A stretch of DNA of 64,000 bases. Origin: Macrostomum lignano. Its lineage: Eukaryota. Position numbers and translations under genes: made by a program. Below, one piece after another: positions 24,393-33,547 of the stretch. Where the stretch lies: the NCBI GenBank assembly GCA_002269645.1, contig NIVC01000027.1, positions 124,001 through 188,000 of the forward strand, read 5' to 3'. A model generated the notes under the pieces. That model had not been told where the DNA came from. It did not search any database and was given only the letters and a program-made list of their open reading frames with translations. How positions within the stretch are numbered: position 1 is the first letter of the stretch; the number at the start of each line of letters is the position of its first letter.

Positions 24393-27300
24393 TTAGTTGA
24401 TTCTAATTTTACGATAACTAAGCATGGCCTCTTGCCGCTTCATGTATTTAGCATAGAACTCGTGACCTTCGGGTATGTAGCCACCGTGCTGGCGCAGAGC
24501 GTGCCTGTAGCCTTTCAGGTGCGCCTCCATTAGGTCTTGGGAGGTAACAGCTGTATCGCACACTTCGCACACGAAGCCTTTGCTGCGAACTGCGAATTAA
24601 ACACAGGGAATTAAAATTGGGGCATTAAGAGGGGATTGAATTGGGGAATGAAAGTAAGTTAAGATAAAATTTAATTGTTCGCTTCGCGTCCAAGAGCTGG
24701 TCTACCAATAATTCAAAGACTCAGTTCTAGGATAGTTGGAAGCCGAAAGCTAATCTTGTCCTCAAGCGAACCCTTGCTGTCACTTAGAAGTTTATAACAG
24801 CGAGGGAATTAGGAAGGACATTGACAACCAATTTGAGTAGTTTCAGCCTTAGAATTATCGAAAATTATGACATGTTTCCAATCAAAGACAAATGAGAGAT
24901 AGCGGTAACCATTGAAGGACAGGTGGGAGACAGCCGGCAACCACTGAAGGACAGGTGGGAGACAACGGCAACCACTAAAGGACAAGTGGGAGACAGCGGC
25001 AACCACTGAGGGACAGGTGGGAGACAACGGCAACCACTGAAGGACAGGTGGGAGACAACGGCAACCACTGAAGGACAGGTGGGAGACAGCCGGCAACCAC
25101 TGAAGGACAGGTGGGAGACAACGGCAACCACTAAAGGACAAGTGGGAGACAGCGGCAACCACTGAGGGACAGGTGGGAGACAACGGCAACCACTGAAGGA
25201 CAGGTGGGAGACAACGGCAACCACTGAGGGACACGTGGGAGACAGCGGCAACTACTGAAGGACAGGTGGGAGACAGCGGCAACCACTGAGGGACAGGTGG
25301 GAGACAGCGGCAACCACTGAAGGACAGGTGGGAGACAACGGCAACCACTAAAGGACAAGTGGGAGACAGCGGCAACTACTGAAGGACAGGTGGGAGACAG
25401 CGGCAACCACTGAGGGACAGGTGGGAGACAGCGGCAACCACTGAGGACACGTGGGAGACAGCGGCAACTACTGAAGGACAGGTGGGAGACAGCGGCAACC
25501 ACTGAGGGACACGTGGGAGACAGCGGCAACTACTGAGGGACAGGTGGGAGACAGCGGCAACTACTGAAGGACAGGTGGGAGACAGCGGCAACCACTGAAG
25601 GACAGGTGGGAGACAGCGGCAACCACTGAAGGACAGGTGGGAGACAGCGGCAACCACTGAAGGACAGTTATGAGAGTTGAAAAAGTGAATAAGAATTTCA
25701 ATTCAGATGTTCGCTTCGCGTCCAAGAGCTGGTCTACCAATATTTATAAAGACTCAGTTCTAGGATAGTTGGAAGCCGAAAGCTAATCTTGTCCTCAAGC
25801 GAACCCTTGCTGTCACTTAGGAGTTTATAACAGCGAGGGAATTAGGAAGGACATTGACAATCAGGTTGAGTAGATTAAGCCTTTGAAAAATATGGAAAGT
25901 TATGACACGACTCCAATTAAGGCTTACACTGAAACAAGCCTTGATACAGTATTATACAGTATTACAGCCTTGATTCAGTACTATACTGAAACAATAGTAC
26001 ATCACTAGTAGTAGCAGGTAACATTCCAACATTGTGTATGTTTGCTTCGCGTCCAAGAACTGGCCTACTGATCGCACATCAAGATCCAGTTCTAGGATAG
26101 TTGGAAGCCTAAATCTAATTTTGTCCTCAAGCGAACCCTTGCTGTCAATTGGAGTTCCCATAGCAGCAAGGGAATTAGGAAGGACTGAGGTTCCTGCATG
26201 CACTCCTGTCAAAGTCCAAGACCTATATGTGGGAAACTACATAAAACTGACAAACAGGAAGACCGTTACCCTCCACTGACACTGATACAGATTGGAATAA
26301 TTACCCTCCACTGACACTGATACAGATTGGAATAATTACCCTCCACTGACACTAATACAGATTGGAATAATTACCCTCCACTGACACTGATATAGATTGG
26401 AATAATTACCCTCCACTGACAGCGATACAGATTGGAATAATTACCCTCCACTGACACCGATATAGATTGGAATAATTACCCTCCACTGACACCGATACAG
26501 ATTGGAATAATTACCCTATATAAACTAATAATTAAACTTTCTTTTGTAGTTAGACTACAAGTATTTCCTTTAACTAAAGAGCTCAGAGCAAGAAGTTAAA
26601 ATTAAATCAAGATATGTCAATGTTCGCTTCGCGTCCAAGAGCTGGTCTACCATTCAATCATAAAGACTCAGTTCTAGGATAGTTGGAAGCCTAAAGCCAA
26701 TCTTGTCCTCAAGCGAACCCTTGCTGTCACTTAGGAGTTTATAACAGCGAGGGAATTAGGAAGGACATTGACAACCAAATTGAGTAGTTTTAGCCTTAGA
26801 ATTATTATTAAAAGTGATGACACGTTTCCAATAGAGGACAGGTGGGAGACAGCCGGCAACCACTGAAGGACAGGTGGGAGACAGCCGGCAACCACTGTAG
26901 GACAGGTGGGAGACAGCCGGCAACTACTGAAGGACAGGTGGGAGACAGCCGGCAACTACTGAAGGACAGGTGGGAGACAGCCGGCAACTACTGAAGGACA
27001 GGTGGGAGACAGCCGGCAACCACTGAAGGACAGGTGGGAGACAGCCGGCAACCACTGAAGGACAGGTGGGAGACAGCCGGCAACCACTGAAGGACAGGTG
27101 GGAGACAGCCGGCAACTACTGAAGGACAGGTGGGAGACAGCCGGCAACCACTGAAGGACAGGTGGGAGACAGCGGCAACCACTGAAGGACAGGTGGGAGA
27201 CAACGGCAACCACTGAAGGACAGGTGGGAGACAGCCGGCAACTACTGAAGGACAGGTGGGAGACAGCCGGCAACCACTGAAGGACAGGTGGGAGACAGCC

Positions 27301-30300
27301 GGCAACCACTGAAGGACAGGTGGGAGACAGCCGGCAACCACTGAAGGACAGGTGGGAGACAACGGCAACTACTGAAGGACAGGTGGGAGAGTTTAAAAAA
27401 TTAATAAGAATTTCAATTCAGATGTTCGCTTCGCGTCCAAGAGCTGGTCTACCAATATTTATAAAGACTCAGTTCGAGGATAGTTGGAAGCCGAAAGCTA
27501 ATCTTGTCCTCAAGCGAACCCTTGCTGTCACTTAGAGATTATACTAACAGCAAGGGAGTTAGGAAGGACGAACGCTCTGATGTACATATTTTAAATACAT
27601 AAACAATGTTTGCTCCGCGTCCAAGAGCTGGTCTACCAATGAGTCATTAGACTCAGTTCTAGGATAGTTGGAAGCCTTTAAACTAATAATCTTGTCCTCA
27701 AGCGAACCCTTGCTGTCAATTAAAAAAGAGTTTTATAAACAGCAATGGAATTAGGAAGGACAGGATGAAGAAAGCAGTGTCGGTAATTATTCGAATCTAT
27801 AACGACATTAAATTACCTTTTTTGAATTGTAATTTTAATGTTGTTTCCCCAAAGCTCCGGGAATTGTTGAGGAGCTGAGGCCAACAACTGCAAATACAGA
27901 ATATTATTAGATAGATATATATATAAGAAATTATGCTAAATAAGTTCAATGCACTGCACCACTCACTCTGGTCGCGTTGAAGCTTTTGAAAGGCCATCCG
28001 GTGAGCTTTAGAATTGAAATGCAACTCGGCCTCTTTGAACGCGTCGAAATCTGCATTGCAAACTGAGCAACGCATTTGGTATTGTTTGAGCAGTTTTTTA
28101 ATCAATTGTTCTTTAGTTAGGCTGCTCAGATATTGCTCTATTGACTGCACAGTGACTGCCTGTTGCTGGGTGCCATTCTGGGCATCAGCTGTAGCAGCAG
28201 TTTCGTCAGCAGCCGATGATGATGAGGCTTCAGTGGCACCGCCGGGAGGCTGCAGTGAGGATAGGAGAAATTTATGATCGGTAGTTCAACTGAACAGCCG
28301 TACGCAGCCTTCAGACGCGCCGCGCAATAGCTGGTTTGTTTAATTTTGATCAATACCTGATGTCTGACAGGTCACACCTGATGTCTGACAAGTCACACCT
28401 GATGTCTGACAGGTCACACCTGATGTCTGACAAGTCACACCTGCATACCTGACAGGTCATACCTGATATCTGACAGGTCACACCTGCATATCTGACAGGT
28501 CATACCTGCATGTCTGACAGGTCACACCTGCATATCTGACGGGTCACACCTGATGTCTGACAGGTCACATCTGCATATCTGACAGGTCACACCTGATGTC
28601 TGACAGGTCACATCTGCATATCTGACAGGTCACACCTGCATATCTGACAGGTCACACCTGATGTCTGACAGGTCACATCTGCATATCTGACAGGTCACAC
28701 CTGATGTCTGACAGGTCACATCTGCATATCTGACAGGTCACACCTGCATATCTGACAGGTCACACCTGCATATCTGACAAGTCACACCTGCATATCTGAC
28801 AAGTCACACCTGACATCTGACAGGTGTCACCGCTGCATACATGACAGGTCACCTGATATCTGACAGGTCGTACCTGACATCTGACAAGTCACACCTGCAT
28901 ATCTGACAGGTCGTACCTGACATCTGACAAGTCACACCTGACATCTGACAAGTCACACCTGCATATCTGACAGGTCACACCTGACATCTGACAAGTCACA
29001 CCTGGATATCTGACAGGTCACACCTGATATCCGTCAGGTCACACCTGATATCTGACAGGTCACACCTGATATCTGATAAGTCACATCTACATATCTGATA
29101 AATCAAAACACAAAATCTAAAAAATAATACCGTAAAGTTAACAATAAACTAGAGCTAGATAGCTATTTACACGGTAATAAAAGTCTGCACTCACCTTATC
29201 CTTATCCGCGGCACTCTCCGCTGGGTCCAATCGATAGATGCCAGGTGGTAGAGCAGACTTTCCAGTTGGCGATTTCTTAGCACCGCTGCCGCCTCGGTTG
29301 AGCGCCCCAGCAGCAGCTTTGCGATGCTTGACCCCGGCCCGATGCGATTTCATGAGCTCCGGGTGCAGTGTTAAATTGCAAATGTCGCAGTACACTTCCG
29401 GGTCTTTCGCTTCGCTTAGTTCGCGGAATTTCTTCTCCTTTTCCTTCTTGAGGTGCCTGGCAAGCGAAAATACATAAGCAATTGAAAGTTCCATTTAAAA
29501 CAAGAAGAGTAGGGGCTGAAAAATGTAGCAGGACCAACTGAAGTACATGAAGGAATCTAGCAGGACCAACTGAAGTACCTGAAGGAATCTAGCAGGACCA
29601 ACTGAAGTACATGAAGTAATCAAGCAGGACCAACTGAAGTACCTGAAGGAATCAAGCAGGACCAACTGAAGTACCTGAAGGAATCAAGCAGGACCAACTG
29701 AAGTGACTAAAGGAATCAAGCAGGACCAACTGAAGTACCTGAAGGAATCAAGCAGGACCAACTGAAGTACCTGAAGGAATCTAGCAGGACCAACTGAAGT
29801 ACCTGAAGGAATCAAGCAGGACCAACTGAAGTACCTGAAGGAATCAAGCAGGACCAACTGAAGTGACTGAAGGAATCTAGCAGGACCAACTGAAGTACCT
29901 GAAGTAATCAAGCAGGACCAACTGAAGTACCTGAAGGAATCTAGCAGGACCAACTGAAGTACCTGAAGGAATCTAGCAGGACCAACTGAAGTACCTGAAG
30001 GAATCTAGCAGGACCAACTGAAGTACATGAAGGAATCTAGCAGGACCAACTGAAGTACCTGAAGGAATCTAGCAGGACCAACTGAAGTACATGAAGGAAT
30101 CTAGCAGGACCAACTGAAGTACATGAAGGAATCAAGCAGCACCAATTGAAGTACCTGAAGGAATCAAGCAGCACCAACTGAAGTACATGAAGGAATCAAG
30201 CAGGACCAACTGAAGTGACTGAAGGAATCTAGCAGGACCAACTGAAGTACCTGAAGGAATCTAGCAGGACCAACTGAAGTACCTGAAAGAATCTAGCAGG

Positions 30301-30909
30301 ACCAACTGAAGTACATGAAAGAATCAAGCAGGACCAACTGAAGTACATGAAGGAATCTAGCAGGACCAACTGAAGTACATGAAAGAATCTAGCAGGACCA
30401 ACTGAAGTACATGAAGGAATCTAGCAGGACCAACTGAAGTACATGAAGGAATCTAGCAGGACCAACTGAAGGACCAATGGAAGAGCAGCGTCAAGGGTAC
30501 TATGTACTTTTAAACTACAAGACCCGCATACTGACGGTTGCATTGCAGACAAAATTCAAACGTACTTGGAACCCTCTCTGTGCAATTTAAACATCGCCTC
30601 GCCAGTGCATTTCGCGTCGCACAATTCGCAGTGAAACTGCTGCACAGGCGGCCGCTGCGGTGCAACAACAACGCTACTATTGTTCCTACCCAGACCGTTG
30701 TTAAATTTTCGTTTAAACTGCGGCTGTTGCTGTCGATATGGCTGCAGCATGTGGGGTGGCGGCGGCCCGCCGCGGTACTGCCGTTTAGCAGAAAGCTGCT
30801 GACCCTGCTGCTGAAGCATGAGATCGGACACACTCTGCAGGTTTGTCTCGGGCCCGCTTGGTTTGTTATAGAAGCCGCAATAGGCACTTGATGGCACTGT
30901 CACTTCCAT
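24393..30909 (-). CDS. Matrin/U1-type (JAZ/ZNF346/ZNF385-like) C2H2 zinc-finger protein, 4 fingers, 4 exons, ~361 aa; snoRNA host gene
   Basis: Exons 30909-30566, 29456-29195, 28249-27967 and 24589-24393 with consistent phases (2, 0, 1). Fingers: CELC..LHREGSKH, CDIC..SHRAGVKH, CSVC..LHFNSKAH and CEVC..AHLKGYRH. The start ATG is inferred, 13 nt after an acceptor AG. Confidence 0.82.
24673..24820 (-). ncRNA. Box H/ACA snoRNA-like, copy 1 (most 3')
   Basis: Hairpin GUCCU..AGGAC with an internal pocket, H box AGAUUA, second hairpin GCUUC..GAAGC, and ACA at + strand 24676-24678. Each box lies 14 nt below its upper stem. Intronic and sense to the host. Confidence 0.82.
24915..25667. repeat. 31/32-bp minisatellite GAAGGACAGGTGGGAGACAGCGGCAACCACT between snoRNA copies 1 and 2
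   Basis: Direct reading. Confidence 0.95.
25705..25853 (-). ncRNA. Box H/ACA snoRNA-like, copy 2
   Basis: Same architecture. H box AGAUUA, ACA at 25708-25710. Confidence 0.82.
26036..26186 (-). ncRNA. Box H/ACA snoRNA-like, copy 3 (divergent loops)
   Basis: H box AAAUUA (still ANANNA), ACA at 26039-26041. Guide pockets are unchanged while the apical loops differ. Confidence 0.78.
26266..26517. repeat. 35-bp repeat TTACCCTCCACTGACACTGATACAGATTGGAATAA between snoRNA copies 3 and 4
   Basis: About 7 units. Confidence 0.93.
26618..26767 (-). ncRNA. Box H/ACA snoRNA-like, copy 4 (H box variant AGAUUG)
   Basis: Same architecture, ACA at 26621-26623. The last base of the H box is degenerate. Confidence 0.7.
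26837..27390. repeat. 31/32-bp minisatellite (same family as 24915-25667) between snoRNA copies 4 and 5
   Basis: Direct reading. Confidence 0.95.
27420..27570 (-). ncRNA. Box H/ACA snoRNA-like, copy 5
   Basis: H box AGAUUA, ACA at 27423-27425. One substitution in the hairpin-1 5' guide (CUAAC). Confidence 0.76.
27604..27762 (-). ncRNA. Box H/ACA snoRNA-like, copy 6 (most 5')
   Basis: H box AGAUUA, ACA at 27607-27609. Lower stem GCUUC/GGAGC is kept by a G-U pair. Loops are divergent. Confidence 0.78.
28357..29100. repeat. 21-bp repeat CACCTGATGTCTGACAGGTCA, zinc-finger gene intron 2
   Basis: Direct reading. Confidence 0.94.
29527..30470. repeat. 32-bp repeat GCAGGACCAACTGAAGTACCTGAAGGAATCTA, zinc-finger gene intron 1
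   Basis: Direct reading. Confidence 0.96.
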
Positions 30910-30975
30910 CACGGCCAAGTAGCTTTGTATGGCAGAAAGTTTATATCCTAATTTTTTAAATGCCTTTATTGATAG

Positions 30976-31403
30976 ATCAGTAGATAATCCCTAAATTCAG
31001 CAGATATCCATAAATCAGTAGATAATCCCTAAATTCAGTAGATATCCCTAAAATCAGTAGATATCCCTAAAATCAGTAGATATCCCTAAAATCAGTAGAT
31101 ACCCCTAAAATCAGTAGATATCCCTAAAATCAGTGGATATCCCTAAAATCAGTAGTTATCCCTAAAATCAGTGGATATCCCTAAAATCAGTAGTTATCCC
31201 TAAAATCAGTAGATATCCCTAAAATCAGTAGATATCCCTAAAATCAGTAGATATCCCTAAAATCAGTAGATACCCCTAAAATCAGTAGATATCCCTAAAA
31301 TCAGTGGATATCCCTAAAATCAGTAGTTATCCCTAAAATCAGTGGATATCCCTAAAATCAGTAGTTATCCCTAAAATCAGTAGATATCCCTAAAATCAGT
31401 AGT
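30976..31403. repeat. 19-bp repeat GATATCCCTAAAATCAGTA upstream of the zinc-finger start
   Basis: Direct reading. Confidence 0.95.
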
Positions 31404-31869
31404 TGTAACTAATTTAGTAAAAAGCAAGCACAATCACCAAACAAATCTATCGTGTATGGATATGCGCATTAAGAATTTATTTTCGTTTACTAAGCAGCAG
31501 AGCACGGGTGCAAACTTGGTGTTTGGAAGCTGCGAGATGTATGTAAAAAAGTCAAAGGAGAAATCATAAATAGCTATAGAATAGCATACATGGGTATATA
31601 TATGCTTTAAGCTTAAAATGCACATGCGTCTGATTTCATAAACAAAGGAAGTGAACGATTGCATACAGAACCGTGCGATGATATAAACTATATTCTTGCA
31701 AAATAGTCTAACAGATAGTTAAAAAACCGGAACTATGCTACTGAAAAGTAGTTAAGCGTTTATGAGAGTTCGCAAAGCTACATGCAAAGTCAAATACGAG
31801 GGAGAAGCAACGAGATTAATTTGAACTTTTTAAAGGGCAATTAACGTCAAAAGTAATGGTGGATTTCCC

Positions 31870-33545
31870 GTAATCAGCAGACATCCCCTAATCAGTAATC
31901 CTCCAATAGACGGACATCCCCTAATCAGAAATCCTCTAATTAGACAGACATCCCCTAATCAGAAATCGTCTAATAGACAGACATCCCCTAATCGACGATT
32001 CTCTAATAGACAGACATCCCCTAATCGACGATTCTCTAATTAGACAGACATCCCCTAATCAGAAATCGTCTAATAGACAGACATCCCCTAATCGACGATT
32101 CTCTAATAGACAGACATCCCCTAATCGACAATTCTCTAATAGACAGACATCCCCTAATCGACGATTCTCTAATAGACAGACATCCCCTAATCGACAATTC
32201 TCTAATTAGACAGACATCCCCTAATCAGAAATCGTCTAATAGACAGACATCCCCTAATCGACAATCCTCCAATAGACGGACATCCCCTAATCAGAAATCC
32301 TCTAATAGACAGACATCCCCTAATCAGTAATACTCTAATAGACAGACATCCCCTAATCAGTAATACTCTAATAGACAGACATCCTCTAATCAGTAATACT
32401 CTAAAAGACAGACAGCCCCTAATCAGAAATCCTCCAATAGACAGACATCCCCTAATCAGAAATCCTCCAATAGACAGACATCCCCTAATCAGAAATCCTC
32501 TTATAGACAGACATCCCCTAATCGACGATTATCTAATAGACAGATATCCCCTAATCGACAATTCTCTAATAGACAGACATCCCCTAATTGACAATTCTCT
32601 AATAGACAGACATCCCCTAATAAAAAATCCTCTAATAGACAGACATCCCCAAATCAGAAATCCTCTAATAGACAGACATCCCCTAATCAGAAATCCTCTA
32701 ATAGACACACATCCCCTAATCAGAAATCCTCTAATAGACAGACATCCCCTAATCAGTAATCCTCCAATAGACATACATCCCCTAACAGTAATCCTCTAAT
32801 AGACAGACATCCCCTAATCAGTAATCCTCTAATAGACAGACCCCCTAATAAGAAATTCTCTAATAGACAGACATCCCCTAATCAGTAATCCTCTAATAGA
32901 CAGACCCCCTAATAAGAAATTCTCTAATAGACAGACATCCCCTAATCAGTAATCCTCTAATAGACAGACCCCCTAATAAGAAATTCTCTAATAGACAGAC
33001 ATCCCCTAATCAGTAATCCTCTAAATAGGCAGACATCCCTTAATAAAAAATCCTCTACTAGACAGACATCCCCTAATCAGTAATCCTCTAATAGACATAC
33101 ATCCCCTAATAAGAAATTCTCTAATAGACAGACATCCCCTAATCAAAAATTCTCTGATAGACAGACATCTCCAAATCAAAAATCCTCTAATGGACAGACA
33201 TCCCCAAATCAGAAATCCTCTAATAGACAGACATCCTCTAATCAGAAATCCTCTAATTAGACAGGCATCCCTTAATCAGAAATCCTCTAATAGACAGACA
33301 TCCCCTAATCAGTAATCCTCTAATAGACAGACATCCCCTAATCAGTAATCCTCTAATAGACAGACATCCCCTAATCGACAATCCTCTAATAGACAGACAT
33401 CCCCTAATCGACAATCCTCCAATAGACAGACATCCCCTAATCGACAATTCTCTAATAGACAGACATCCCCTAATCGACAACTAATTCTCTAATAGACAGA
33501 CATCCCATAATCGACAATTCTCTAATAGACAGACATCCCCTAATC
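31870..33545. repeat. 33-bp repeat AGACAGACATCCCCTAATCAGTAATCCTCTAAT starting at the B3GAT stop codon
   Basis: Direct reading, ~50 units. Confidence 0.96.
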
Positions 33546-33547
33546 AA

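Noticed and set aside
24676-24820. Plus-strand reading of the 150-nt unit as an HDV-like ribozyme (nested double pseudoknot GUUCGCU/AGCGAAC, CUAAU/AUUAG)
   Set aside because: It lacks the P1.1 GG after P1 and the catalytic C in J4/2. The apparent pairings reflect the H/ACA guide and box sequences, and the minus-strand reading explains the invariant ACA, the H box, the 14-nt spacing and the rRNA complementarity. Some G-U pairs do favour + strand folding, so strand-specific data are still needed.
24673-27762. CRISPR-like repeat-spacer array
   Set aside because: Eukaryotic intron, 150-nt repeats, spacers that are themselves minisatellites, and no cas genes.
28357-29100. CAG|GTG in every minus-strand 21-bp unit as recursive splice sites
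   Set aside because: The regenerated donor GTGTGA is weak, there is no polypyrimidine tract, and the intron is under 1 kb, where recursive splicing is not expected.
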